The notes under the pieces were generated by a model. That model had not been told where the DNA came from, did not search any database, and was given only the letters and a program-made list of their open reading frames with translations. From NCBI GenBank assembly GCA_021791915.1, contig JAJYVQ010000003.1, forward strand, positions 1-42,450: a stretch of 42,450 nucleotides of DNA. Reading direction: 5' to 3'. The translations under genes and the position numbers were made by a program. Source of the stretch: Actinomycetes bacterium (lineage in GTDB: Bacteria; Actinomycetota; Acidimicrobiia; Acidimicrobiales; JABEUL01). Shown here piece by piece: positions 26,190 to 36,547 of this stretch. Position 1 is the first letter of the stretch. Every line of letters starts with the position of its first letter.

Positions 26190-27992
26190 TCAGACATTCA
26201 GTCTTTTTTCAAGTTCATTTAGTTGATTTTTAAGTTCTTTTGGAAGTCGGTTTGCAAACTTGGCGTAATGTTCTTTAATGAGTGGAATCTCTTGTTTCCA
26301 CTCTTCGACATCAACTTTAAGAAGCTCATCCATATCTTCATCAAGAACTGATAATCCGTCAAGAGATAGGTCTTGTTTGTCGGGAACATACCCTATGGGG
26401 GTTTCGATTGCGTCGACCTTACCGATAATACGATTAAATACCCACTCTAATACTCTTGAATTTTCACCATAGCCTGGCCACAGCCATTTTCCATTTTTAT
26501 CTTTTCTGAACCAGTTAACGTAAAAGATTTTAGGGAGTTTTTCGGTATCCGTCCTATCTTTCATAGAGAGCCAGTGTGAAAAGTAATCTGCCATGTTGTA
26601 GCCACAGAACGGTAACATTGCAAATGGGTCACGCCTTAAAACTCCAGATACACCTTTTGCTGCAGCTGTTGTTTCCGAAGACATAATAGAACCTAAAAAT
26701 ACACCGTGGTCCCATGATCTGGATTGATGAATTAGAGGTACAACCGAAGACCTTCGACCTCCGAATAAGATTGCTGCGATCGGTACACCGCTTGGATCTT
26801 CCCATTCTGGGGCTATCGCAGGGTCCTGTGCAGCTGAAACTGTAAATCGTGAGTTTGGATGTGCCCCAGGTGTTTTTGAAGATGGAGTCCAGTCATTTCC
26901 CTTCCAGTCAGTTAGATGTTCAGGAAGTTCTTCTGTCATGCCCTCCCACCAAACATCTCCGTCGTCCGTTAAAGCTGTATTGGTAAATATTGTGTTTTCT
27001 TTTACAGTAAGCATAGCGTTGGGATTTGTTTCAAAGTTGGTTCCTGGTGCAACTCCGAAGAACCCAGCTTCTGGATTAATTGCTCTTAATTCACCGTCGG
27101 GACCCAATTTCATCCAACAGATATCGTCTCCGATAGTCTCTACTTTCCAGTCTTTTAGAGTCGGCACAAGCATCGCTAGATTAGTTTTACCACAAGCAGA
27201 AGGAAAAGCACCAGTTATGTATTTAACTTCACCTTCAGGGGAGGTAAGTTTAAGGATAAGCATATGCTCTGCTAACCAGCCCTCGTCTCTAGCCATAACA
27301 GACGCAATTCTCAGCGCATAGCACTTTTTGCCCAATAAGGCGTTTCCACCGTATCCAGAACCGTATGACATAATTTCCCGAGTTTCAGGGAAATGAACTA
27401 TGTAGGTATTTTCTGGGTCACACGGCCATGGTACATCACTTTGTCCGTCTTCTAAAGGAGCTCCGACTGAATGCAGACAGGGAACAAAATCACCGTCAAC
27501 TCCGAGATAGTCCAAAACTTGTTGCCCCATTCTTGTCATTATCCTAAGAGATGCTGCCACATATGGAGAGTCTGTTATCTCTACACCTAATTGAGAAATT
27601 GGAGAACCAAGGGGACCCATGGAAAAAGGGACAACGTACATAGTTCTATTTTTCATAGAGCCACTATATAGGGAATTTAACGTTTGTCGCATATCATCAG
27701 GATCTCTCCAGTTGTTGGTAGGTCCCGCATCGATTTCATTTTTTGAACAGATAAATGTTCTTTCTTCTACTCTTGCCACATCGGAGGGGTCTGACCTTGC
27801 CAAATACGAATTCGGTCGTTTTGCTTCCGATAGTTTAACGAAAGTCTTGTTCTCAATTAAGAGCTGACAGAGCCTTTCATACTCCTCAGCTGACCCATCG
27901 CACCAAACTACCTCTTTCGGCTGCGTTAATTTGGTAATGTCGTTAACCCAGTCGAGTAGTTTTTCATTTTTAGTTGGAATCTCCGTTGACAT
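26190..27992 (-). CDS. pckG: Phosphoenolpyruvate carboxykinase (GTP)
   Basis: [72 protein letters not shown]. Confidence 0.97.
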   Translation of the reverse strand: MSTEIPTKNEKLLDWVNDITKLTQPKEVVWCDGSAEEYERLCQLLIENKTFVKLSEAKRPNSYLARSDPSDVARVEERTFICSKNEIDAGPTNNWRDPDDMRQTLNSLYSGSMKNRTMYVVPFSMGPLGSPISQLGVEITDSPYVAASLRIMTRMGQQVLDYLGVDGDFVPCLHSVGAPLEDGQSDVPWPCDPENTYIVHFPETREIMSYGSGYGGNALLGKKCYALRIASVMARDEGWLAEHMLILKLTSPEGEVKYITGAFPSACGKTNLAMLVPTLKDWKVETIGDDICWMKLGPDGELRAINPEAGFFGVAPGTNFETNPNAMLTVKENTIFTNTALTDDGDVWWEGMTEELPEHLTDWKGNDWTPSSKTPGAHPNSRFTVSAAQDPAIAPEWEDPSGVPIAAILFGGRRSSVVPLIHQSRSWDHGVFLGSIMSSETTAAAKGVSGVLRRDPFAMLPFCGYNMADYFSHWLSMKDRTDTEKLPKIFYVNWFRKDKNGKWLWPGYGENSRVLEWVFNRIIGKVDAIETPIGYVPDKQDLSLDGLSVLDEDMDELLKVDVEEWKQEIPLIKEHYAKFANRLPKELKNQLNELEKRLNV

Positions 27993-28418
27993 ATTTGGAC
28001 CTCGCTTGTTAAAGTTTTTAGTTACATTCCTGACTGTTGAGCCAAACGTTTCTAAGTAGTTCCTGATTAACTACTTATTCACCAATGCAAGTAATTTAAG
28101 TTTAAATGGTTAACACTGTTTTATGATGGTTAGCCTTACTTAATATCACTAAAATAGATTGACTGTATCAAACTTATCAAATTTTTTAACTAAATAATCA
28201 TTTTAATACAATTTGTCCTAAATCCAAGAAAAAAATTTTATGTTCTATGATTTACCACGCTAAGTGAAGATTAAAAAATTGACTAATAACGATTAGTCTA
28301 TTTTTGGTTACTAGAAGAATAAGGTACTACCTTTTATTGAGTTATTATTTAAGAAGATGTCAAAAGATTATTATCAGAATAAAGACACCTATTTGATAGT
28401 GGATAACTTAGTCATGGG

Positions 28419-29486
28419 TTGTATTTGAACGAGAAAGAATTGTTGGACTGGTTGAAGTCCGAATCTGTAAAAAAGCAAGGGTCATATTTTATAGGTGATG
28501 ATGCTGCCTTCCTGCAAGACTTTGAGAATTTGTATATAACTACTGACTCACTGGTTGAAGATGTTCATTTCGTCAGAGATGTTTTTAGTATGTATGATTT
28601 ATGTTATCGTGCAGTTAGTACTAGTCTCAGCGATCTCGCTGCTATGGCCACTAAACCTAAATATATATTGGTTTCGTTGGCAGCACCAGATGATTTTAAT
28701 ATTAAAGAGTTTTTCGTAGATCTACTTGAAATATCGAATAAATTTGAAGTTACACTTGTCGGGGGCGACATCAGCAATTCAAAGCTGGTGTTCATAAACG
28801 TGACTGCCATCGGAAGCGATCTAGGTTTTGGGGAATTTGGAAGTAATAAGAAATTTGACAAATATTTCGGCAGATCTGATCACATTTCGTTAATGGAGAA
28901 CCTGAAAGAAAATCAGGATATTTTTGTAACAGGTCCACTCGGACTAAGCGACAGGGGGTTGAAGCTTCTAAATAACTTAAATGAAACTGTTGCTAAAAGT
29001 ACCTATAAAACTGAATATACCACCAGTTTTGATAAAAGATTCGATAGATCTTCAGAGAGGGTAAAGACATTATCAAAATATTTGACTGAGTTTGAGCGTG
29101 ACTGCCTAATCAAATACCTACGACCAGAAGCAAAGATAAAAGAAGCGATTATCGCAAAGTCGTGCGGAGCTGAAGCAATAACGGACATATCCGATTCTCT
29201 TGCCTATAGCTTAGAAAGTATCTCAAAAGCTTCGGGGGTTGGAATTGTGCTCGTAGAAGTGCCAAAAGTTGTCTCAATTAGCAGTTCTGACGCATTATAT
29301 AAAGGTGAAGATTATGAGATTGTCTTCTCGATCGATCATAAAAAAACCGACTTACTATTTCAAGAATTTAAAGCTAATGATCTGCAAACCCCGATTTATC
29401 TAGGTTATAGTGATCCCAATGTTAAAGGGGTACTGCTTAATGGTAGAAATATTGATCCCAAAGGATTTGAGCATAAATTTAGTTAA
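28419..29486 (+). CDS. thiL: Thiamine-monophosphate kinase
   Basis: IGDDAA, TDSLVEDVHF, SLSDLAAM, LVGGD, VTGPLG, TDISDSL, GEDYEIVF; upstream of the rpmB-DAK2-recG block as in actinobacteria. Confidence 0.9.
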   Translation: MYLNEKELLDWLKSESVKKQGSYFIGDDAAFLQDFENLYITTDSLVEDVHFVRDVFSMYDLCYRAVSTSLSDLAAMATKPKYILVSLAAPDDFNIKEFFVDLLEISNKFEVTLVGGDISNSKLVFINVTAIGSDLGFGEFGSNKKFDKYFGRSDHISLMENLKENQDIFVTGPLGLSDRGLKLLNNLNETVAKSTYKTEYTTSFDKRFDRSSERVKTLSKYLTEFERDCLIKYLRPEAKIKEAIIAKSCGAEAITDISDSLAYSLESISKASGVGIVLVEVPKVVSISSSDALYKGEDYEIVFSIDHKKTDLLFQEFKANDLQTPIYLGYSDPNVKGVLLNGRNIDPKGFEHKFS

Positions 29487-29575
29487 TTTGTTATTTTTAT
29501 TTCTTTCAAATTGAATTATTGGATTGTTTTTGCTAAACATTTATAATCAGTAATATTAAAATTTAGGGGTATAAA

Positions 29576-31330
29576 TTGAAACTTAGTCTAAAATCAACGT
29601 TTAAGTTCACAGTTTTAACAACGATAATAGTTATGGTTACCGTATCTAATATTCTATGGAGAACTGAAAAATTAGTTGGGGCAACAGTTGTATCAAATTC
29701 GTCTTCTACTTCATCAAGTACTCAGATTAATTATAACGTAGGACCTGAAAAACTAACCGCTAACGTAAACGTCAGTGATGTTGGCAAACCAATCAATGAA
29801 GATGTCTTGGGTGTCAATCAGTTATCAGCTCCACAAGATGTTCCCTTAATGAAAGAGCTTGGGGTGCAATTTGCTAGAGTTGACGCATCGCTTGAAGGTT
29901 CGTTTGATTCCGTCAATTCCTATAACTGTCAAACTGGAGTCTGGTCAAGTGCTCTTTTAAGTTCAAGAGTTAAGTTGGTTCAGTCCGCTGGTGCACAAGT
30001 TCAGCTAATAATTGACTATTCGCCGAAGTGTTTGGAACAAGAAATAAATAATCAGGTTCCATCTAATAATTATGGACCACCCGATTTGGGTAGTGATTTG
30101 CCAAAGTGGGAATCTTTGATTTCTCAAGTCGGAACTTGGGCGATAGAACACAACATAAGATATTTTGAAGTTTGGAATGAACCAGACTGGCAGTTTTTTA
30201 GCGGTAATGTACAGCAGTACAACCAGTTATATCAGAACACGGTAATTCCGCTGGAGAAAGACGCCCAGAAGCTGAACACCAAAATATATGTGGGAGGTCC
30301 AGCAATGGCGGATGTTCTTGATCAAATTGATAGTACCTTTTTAACTCAGTTTTTAAATTTTGTATCTGCTAATAAATTACCCTTGGATTTCGTATCTTGG
30401 CACACTTATGCAAACGATCCCAATGCCGGACTGGCATCTTGGGCACCAAATGGTCTTTGCCTTACCAATCACGTGCAAACAGCAAAGATACCCTGTTATT
30501 ATACACCTCAAATGTCATCTGCGATATATAAGACCGAAGTAGAGCAAGTAAAATCTATTTTGTCTAAGTATCCGAAGTATCACCCACAGCTTTGGCTGGA
30601 TGAGTGGAACTTTGATGCCGAATCGGATCCTCGTATGAATACTCCTTACGCATCCGCATTTTTAATATCTGCAATTGAAAAGGCAACAGGAGCCGGGGTT
30701 AATGTTATGGAGTGGTACAACACCGCAGATTCGCCGAATCAAAACTATCAGGGATCTGGTCTTTTAAATCAAAGTTACCAACCAAAACCGTCTTATCTAG
30801 GATTTCAGCTTTGGCATATGATGGAAGGAAATGTAGTCAAAGTCGTTCAACACGTAACTAAAGCAAATCAGTATCAGCACGGTAGTGTATATGTTACAAA
30901 GAGTTCAGGCGGAAACTTAAATCTCTTGGTAAATAACTATGTTTCATACGATACTTCTGGAAACTTTGGTTCCTCTCCGACATCGGCAAATTCCTTAAGT
31001 AGTAGTATCGAAATTAACGGTCTGGTTGCAGGTTCATCTTATTTGGAAGTTACCCATACTATAGGTTTAACAAACCGAACGAGTTATGTGATAAGTAGTA
31101 AAAAAGTAGTTGCCGATGGGAATGGTAACCTGAAGTTAAATTTAACATCACAGGAAGAAACTACCTCAATGATAACATTGGAGCCGATCAAGTCTCAAAG
31201 TTTATCGGGCAGTTCAAGTAACAATACCGACTGGCTTACCATTCTTTTGATTGTTGTTATCATTCTCATAATAGTTACCTTGGTTTTAGCGATTAAGCGC
31301 AACAAAAACGTTAAAGCACAAAACACTTAG
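29576..31330 (+). CDS. Membrane-anchored clan GH-A glycoside hydrolase (GH39-like)
   Basis: Signal peptide, YFEVWNEPD (acid/base Glu), DFVSWH, LWLDEWN (nucleophile Glu), C-terminal TM helix with basic tail. Confidence 0.8.
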   Translation: MKLSLKSTFKFTVLTTIIVMVTVSNILWRTEKLVGATVVSNSSSTSSSTQINYNVGPEKLTANVNVSDVGKPINEDVLGVNQLSAPQDVPLMKELGVQFARVDASLEGSFDSVNSYNCQTGVWSSALLSSRVKLVQSAGAQVQLIIDYSPKCLEQEINNQVPSNNYGPPDLGSDLPKWESLISQVGTWAIEHNIRYFEVWNEPDWQFFSGNVQQYNQLYQNTVIPLEKDAQKLNTKIYVGGPAMADVLDQIDSTFLTQFLNFVSANKLPLDFVSWHTYANDPNAGLASWAPNGLCLTNHVQTAKIPCYYTPQMSSAIYKTEVEQVKSILSKYPKYHPQLWLDEWNFDAESDPRMNTPYASAFLISAIEKATGAGVNVMEWYNTADSPNQNYQGSGLLNQSYQPKPSYLGFQLWHMMEGNVVKVVQHVTKANQYQHGSVYVTKSSGGNLNLLVNNYVSYDTSGNFGSSPTSANSLSSSIEINGLVAGSSYLEVTHTIGLTNRTSYVISSKKVVADGNGNLKLNLTSQEETTSMITLEPIKSQSLSGSSSNNTDWLTILLIVVIILIIVTLVLAIKRNKNVKAQNT

Positions 31331-31388
31331 AATAATAAGTTTTAGATCGGCTCTATACTTATTACAGATTGTCTTCAAATCTTAAAAT

Positions 31389-32666
31389 CTATCCAGTACC
31401 TGAGCTTGTGGCATTTATGCCGTATGTGCAGACGCTCGATGAATTGTTAGGCCAACAGTTGGAAGTAGCGCTACCTATCGTAGGAGCATTTCTTATCAAT
31501 AATGAATAAGGTGGTGCCAAGTCCACTCCATCTGGTTCATTTAGATAACCATTTGTAGATCCGGCCACTCCTTTATGACCGTACTGCCACACTATAGTGT
31601 TGGTGGTTGGATTTATTACAATGACCCTATCGTTATAGTCATCATTGCACAAAATGTATCCATTAGTGGGAATTGGTTCACAGAGAGAGGGATGGTTTAG
31701 CTGACCGTCAGCGGTCGTCGGGGTGTATTTCCATAGTAGCTGACCTTGTTGATTAAATTTGATTAGCTGACCAGCGGTGGAGTAATCTACGGTTAAATAG
31801 ACTCCTGGTGAAACTTCATTCGTGTCAGAAGGATAAACGATCCCAGGGGGGTGCGTAGACCAAAGGATTTGACCGCTCGGAGTCATTTCGTCTACCCAGT
31901 CCCCATTTATTTCAGTGATCAAAAAGTTGCCGTCAGTCAATGGGAAAGCACCGTTAGGGCTACCGAATCTATATGGTGGGTTGTGGTAACAGTAGTGAGT
32001 TAGTAAACCTATTCGTTTGAAAGGCACCTGACTTCCGACTTTAAGAAAGTTTACAGAACAGTTTTTAATATCTCCAAAAATAACATAGTTATTGGGTAAC
32101 AACAATGCGTCATCCGGGTTGTCGACTTGGTTCGGACCCGAACCTCCCACCTCAGGCGTTCCATATCTCCAGATAAACTGTTTTGTTGCAATATTAACAA
32201 GCGAAATCATCTGGTGGTCTTCTTGTGTGACTATTATATCTTTTCCGTTCGATGTAAAAAAAGCGTCATCGGGATTAGTAAGTGAAAGGCTCCATACTAT
32301 CTGACCTGCAGGAGTTACGATAAGTATCTGATTGCCACTATCATCGGCAATTAGCACATCACTCGGTAGAACTGATGGATCCGATCCAGCTTTTAGATTT
32401 GGACCCGCCGTTACCGAAGTTCCAGCAGGGTTAGGAAATGGGAGGCTAAATTTACTTAATTGCGAAGGCGTGGTATTTTTAGTTGTCAAAGACTTAACTG
32501 TTGTATTTGAAGATTGCGAACCAGTAGTGTGTGATTTAGAGTTAGCTGAAGTAGGGCTATTAGAAGATGATTTTGAAGATATTACATAAATTGCTACAAT
32601 GATGAACGCAATCAGCAAGACAACAACTACCCCAGACCCAGTTTTATTTCTATTTCGTGAATACAT
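31389..32666 (-). CDS. Membrane-anchored extracellular beta-propeller protein (NHL/PQQ-like repeats)
   Basis: N-terminal TM helix, S/T-rich linker, repeated NPDDA/NEPDG and IVWQYG/LLWKY blade motifs. Confidence 0.72.
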   Translation of the reverse strand: MYSRNRNKTGSGVVVVLLIAFIIVAIYVISSKSSSNSPTSANSKSHTTGSQSSNTTVKSLTTKNTTPSQLSKFSLPFPNPAGTSVTAGPNLKAGSDPSVLPSDVLIADDSGNQILIVTPAGQIVWSLSLTNPDDAFFTSNGKDIIVTQEDHQMISLVNIATKQFIWRYGTPEVGGSGPNQVDNPDDALLLPNNYVIFGDIKNCSVNFLKVGSQVPFKRIGLLTHYCYHNPPYRFGSPNGAFPLTDGNFLITEINGDWVDEMTPSGQILWSTHPPGIVYPSDTNEVSPGVYLTVDYSTAGQLIKFNQQGQLLWKYTPTTADGQLNHPSLCEPIPTNGYILCNDDYNDRVIVINPTTNTIVWQYGHKGVAGSTNGYLNEPDGVDLAPPYSLLIRNAPTIGSATSNCWPNNSSSVCTYGINATSSGTG

Positions 32667-33005
32667 ACTTTATTGATTGTAGTATGTCTCGATTAAATTT
32701 TAACATCAACAATGCAAATTTCATTGCTTAGCTGCAAAGATGTGTGGATCAGAAATTAAATGTTCACTTTTTGTGAACTTTATCATAAAAAATAAAAAAT
32801 TAGATTTATGCTCTGAAGGATAACGGAGTGCTAATAAGCGTAACGAGGGTTATTTCGAATTCATAGAAAATGGCTTAAGGGTGTAATCGTGCGACTGACT
32901 GTTTTGTGCGAGTTACATTTTGAATTTGAATTTGATTCCAATAGTAGTAAGGTTGCAATAAAGACTTCAATTCACGGCTTAGCTATATTTAAAACTGACA
33001 ACTCG

Positions 33006-33095
33006 ATTGCTGACAACTCTATAATTGGCAGTTCTATTGTCGACAGTTCTATTATCGACAGTTCTATTATCGACAGTTCTATTATCGACAGCAAC
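33006..33095. repeat. 15-bp tandem array, consensus attatcgacagttct, 6 units degenerating toward the 5' side
   Basis: Read directly. Confidence 0.93.
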
Positions 33096-33105
33096 GTAAT
33101 TTATT

Positions 33106-33375
33106 TTAATCCCCAACTTCTTTTTTGGAAGTCAAAGATTTAGAATATCCTAAAACAGTATAGATAGTTGCAAAAAAAGTTAAAGGAATTAATAAGCTTA
33201 AAGTATCGAGTGGCCAATACGAGCCTTGAGGAGCGGTAAAATAAATCGTTAAAAAAATAATGATTGCCAAAGCAGTTGGGATCATGCTAAAAGCAAGTAT
33301 TTTTGGGTAATGTTTCGCCTCGGTTCTCATTGTCGAGATTGCGGAAATTAAATCTTTGAATGGGCTTGTAGCCAT
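33106..33375 (-). CDS. Small two-TM hypothetical membrane protein
   Basis: ATG start, two hydrophobic segments, no recognised family. Confidence 0.55.
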   Translation of the reverse strand: MATSPFKDLISAISTMRTEAKHYPKILAFSMIPTALAIIIFLTIYFTAPQGSYWPLDTLSLLIPLTFFATIYTVLGYSKSLTSKKEVGD

Positions 33376-33491
33376 TTTTATATTTTAATTTAAGATTGAT
33401 TCTATAGGTTGTCGAATGCTAAAAAATCGATGAGGTGGTGCGCTTTTTTTAAGATGAATTTGGAAATTATACTAGCTCAAGTAATAAAAAA

Positions 33492-34163
33492 ATGAAAAGT
33501 TTGAAGGCTTATTCATCAGATGAAAACCATCTGCCGAATCGGTCCAGAGATTCTAGAGTTACAAGACTTAGATTGACAAAGTTGGGCGATCAAAAACTTA
33601 CTTCTTTGTCTCAATTGCATTTAGAAGAACTAAAATGGTTGTCAACTAATATTTATTCAATTTGGAACGACCAGGATGATGTGATTCAAGCTGATAAAGT
33701 AATTGCAGGGAGAAAAGGTGCAGCAAGTGACGATATAGTTAAAAACAGCTTTTTAGACAAAGTATCGAGTAAGAAGTCAGTCAGTTTTGAACTGATTCGG
33801 GTGTATGAAAAAACAAAATTTACTGCAGATCAATGCGTACTGATTGACGGACTGTGGCCTAGAGGAATTTCCAAAAAAGAATCGCCGTTTAGCCTCTGGT
33901 GTAAATCTTTAGCTCCCAGCAAAGAACTTCGCACTTACTATGGCCATGACCCAAAAAAATATAAGAAGTTCTGTACGTTATATTTGGAAGAACTAAACAG
34001 TCACGATAATAAAGCAGATATCGACACAATTCTGGATAAAGCAACAAATTCAACCGTTGCACTTATGACAGCTACAAAGGACCTTAAATTGTCTCATGGA
34101 ACGATTTTGATTCCATATTTGACCGAATTGGCTATTAGAAGGAAAAAACTTGAAGACTATTAA
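33492..34163 (+). CDS. DUF488/YeaO-family protein with N-terminal partial MarR-type wing-helix segment
   Basis: C-terminal RVYE...LIDGLWPRGISK...LAPSKELR..YGHDP...YLEEL...LMTATKD; N-terminal DSRVTRLRLTKLG resembles the MarR DxR..LTxxG motif. Confidence 0.8.
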   Translation: MKSLKAYSSDENHLPNRSRDSRVTRLRLTKLGDQKLTSLSQLHLEELKWLSTNIYSIWNDQDDVIQADKVIAGRKGAASDDIVKNSFLDKVSSKKSVSFELIRVYEKTKFTADQCVLIDGLWPRGISKKESPFSLWCKSLAPSKELRTYYGHDPKKYKKFCTLYLEELNSHDNKADIDTILDKATNSTVALMTATKDLKLSHGTILIPYLTELAIRRKKLEDY

Positions 34164-34183
34164 AAATGTTTTTAAGGCTTATA

Positions 34184-34213
34184 GTTGCTAACTATGTTGT
34201 TGCTAACTATGTA
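34184..34213. repeat. 15-bp tandem duplication gttgctaactatgt[t/a] x2
   Basis: Read directly, between convergent genes. Confidence 0.85.
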
Positions 34214-34306
34214 GATTTGTAACCACTTGAATTAGTTTAAACTAATGAATCTGACTCAAAAGATATAAGATACTGAGACCTTATTTAGAAAAACTATTTA
34301 TACAAA

Positions 34307-34525
34307 TCATTTGGATGAAGGAGTCCAAATCCTTTTAGAGGGTTTAATGACCTTTCCAGCTTTGATACAAGACGTACATACGCTGATTTTTTTAGCCGAA
34401 CCGTCAACCAATGCGCGGACTTTCTGTATATTTGGATTCCATCGCTTCTTTGTTCTAGTGTGTGAATGACTTACATTCATTCCAAATGCTGGATGTTTTC
34501 CGCATATTTCACAAACTGATGCCAT
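34307..34525 (-). CDS. rpmB: 50S ribosomal protein L28 (zinc-binding form)
   Basis: MASVCEICGKHPAFGMNVSHSH..RWNPNIQ...VCTSCIKAGKV. Confidence 0.97.
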   Translation of the reverse strand: MASVCEICGKHPAFGMNVSHSHTRTKKRWNPNIQKVRALVDGSAKKISVCTSCIKAGKVIKPSKRIWTPSSK

Positions 34526-34858
34526 ATATAAAACTCCTGATGAAATTACCTTAAAATTATTTTTATTGAATTATATTGACTATTAAGATTCAAATTCTGT
34601 TAAATATAAATTTTCTATTACAATATCGACCGACAAAATTAAACTTAATCTACATGAAGAATTTAAACTTTTACCTTATCTATACTTTCCATTAAATTTG
34701 AAAATTTATCAGTCTTTTTAAATAGCATAGACAAATTAGAATACAATATAATTTAAAAACAGTATAAACTGATTTAAGCTTTAAATGTTTCTGTTCGCAA
34801 ATTTACATGCGTGCTATAAATATTGCAGTTTAAATTTTAGCATTAATTTGAGGCCGCC

Positions 34859-36547
34859 TTGTTAAATAAAATCGATTTTACTGCTTTAGACCAAATTGTA
34901 AGACAATTTAGAGACGGTCTGCGAGAAAATCAAGAAATAATAAATCGCTTGAATGTCTATCCAGTTCCAGATGGGGATACTGGGACTAACATGGCATTGA
35001 CAGCAGAATCTGTTGTAAGTGAAATTGAAACCATAAAAGATGAGCTTTCCATGTCAATTTTGGCCAAAGCCATTAGTCACGGATCTTTAATGGGGGCACG
35101 AGGGAATTCAGGAATAATTATTTCACAAATATTGAGAGGATTATCGTCGGTTTTTGAATTAAAAGACGAAATTGACTGTTTTGATGTTGCAACCGCATTC
35201 GAGCAGGCGTCTCTGATGGCCAGAAAAGCGGTTTTGAGACCAGTCGAAGGAACTATATTGACCGTCGCAACTGCGGCTGCAGAAGCTGGACTATCAGCTT
35301 GTAAATCGGACAACGCAGATATTAAGACGATATTGGAGGCGATATTCTCAGGAGGGGTCTCTGCACTTAGAATGACTCCAGAACTCTTACCAGTTTTGGC
35401 TGAATCTGGTGTAGTTGATGCGGGTGGTGCGGGGTTGATCGAACTGTTTCGCGCTTTTATTAAGGTTTGTTTAGATTACGAACCAGATAACTTACAGAAA
35501 ATTCTACCCGATAAAGTACTTGAAGTAGTCTCTAAAGCATCGGCAAAGGCGGACATTCAGATTGTAAATCATGGAGTAGAGTCAGTAGGGGATCTCAGAT
35601 ACGAAGTCATGTTTATTTTGGAGGCAAATGACGAGTCAATCGATGCGTTTAAAGATGTATGGGGAGGAATTGGGGATTCGATTGTAGTAGTAGGATCTGA
35701 TGGATTGTACAACTGCCATATCCATACTGGTGATATAGGAGCTGCGATCGAAGCAGGAATTGATACCGGAAGACCTAGAAATATCCGGGTGACGGATTTA
35801 GCCGAACAGGTTGAAGAAGAACATTGGGTAAGACAGGCAGAAGACCAAGTCGATGAAACTGATTTGAAGCCCGTACATAGTGGCCCTCCTCCAGTTACTG
35901 CAGTCGTTGCAGTAGCCACGGGAAGCGGAGTAAAGAGAATTTTTCACTCACTCGGGGTTCATTCAGTTGTGTCCGGAGGTCAGTCTATGAACCCATCAAC
36001 AGCAGATTTACTTAAGGCTGTGGAGGAACTAGACTCTCCTGCGGTCGTAATATTGCCCAATAATAAGAATATAATTCCAGTTGCAAACGAAGTAGATGCT
36101 CTAACTAAAAAAGCGGTAAGAGTAGTACCCACCAAAGGTATTGTGGAAGGTTTCGCTGCATTGTTAGCCTATGATCCTGAAGCTGGTCCTGGTGAGAATT
36201 TGTCAGAGATGACAAAAAGCGCCGAAGGCGTAATAGCTGGTGAAGTAACAATGGCAGTAAGAGATGCGTCGTCGTCAGCGGGTCAGATCCATGAAGGAGA
36301 TTGGTTGGGGATCTCGAGAGAAGGTATTCAAGTAGTTGAATTAGACTTGGCAAAATGTTGTATTGAATTACTGGATAAATTGGTAACGGAGGATCACGAA
36401 ATAGTAACCGTAATTGAAGGTGAAGGTTACAGTGTAAATGCTACTAGGCTCTTGTCTCAATGGCTTAGTGAAAATCGTGAAGGTATATCTGTAGAGGTGC
36501 ACCAAGGCGGTCAGCCACTTTATCCCTACTTGTTTTCTATCGAGTGA
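34859..36547 (+). CDS. DAK2-domain fusion protein (YloV/fatty-acid kinase FakA-like)
   Basis: LNVYPVPDGDTGTNM, GARGNSG, EGTILTV, VVDAGGAG, CHIHT, GGQSMNPST, ILPNNKNI, GGQPLYPY. Confidence 0.95.
   Translation: MLNKIDFTALDQIVRQFRDGLRENQEIINRLNVYPVPDGDTGTNMALTAESVVSEIETIKDELSMSILAKAISHGSLMGARGNSGIIISQILRGLSSVFELKDEIDCFDVATAFEQASLMARKAVLRPVEGTILTVATAAAEAGLSACKSDNADIKTILEAIFSGGVSALRMTPELLPVLAESGVVDAGGAGLIELFRAFIKVCLDYEPDNLQKILPDKVLEVVSKASAKADIQIVNHGVESVGDLRYEVMFILEANDESIDAFKDVWGGIGDSIVVVGSDGLYNCHIHTGDIGAAIEAGIDTGRPRNIRVTDLAEQVEEEHWVRQAEDQVDETDLKPVHSGPPPVTAVVAVATGSGVKRIFHSLGVHSVVSGGQSMNPSTADLLKAVEELDSPAVVILPNNKNIIPVANEVDALTKKAVRVVPTKGIVEGFAALLAYDPEAGPGENLSEMTKSAEGVIAGEVTMAVRDASSSAGQIHEGDWLGISREGIQVVELDLAKCCIELLDKLVTEDHEIVTVIEGEGYSVNATRLLSQWLSENREGISVEVHQGGQPLYPYLFSIE

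Noticed and set aside
27993-28418. TPP riboswitch or other structured RNA upstream of thiL
   Set aside because: No CTGAGA/GGG-type conserved riboswitch core is visible; the region is plain AT-rich divergent promoter DNA.
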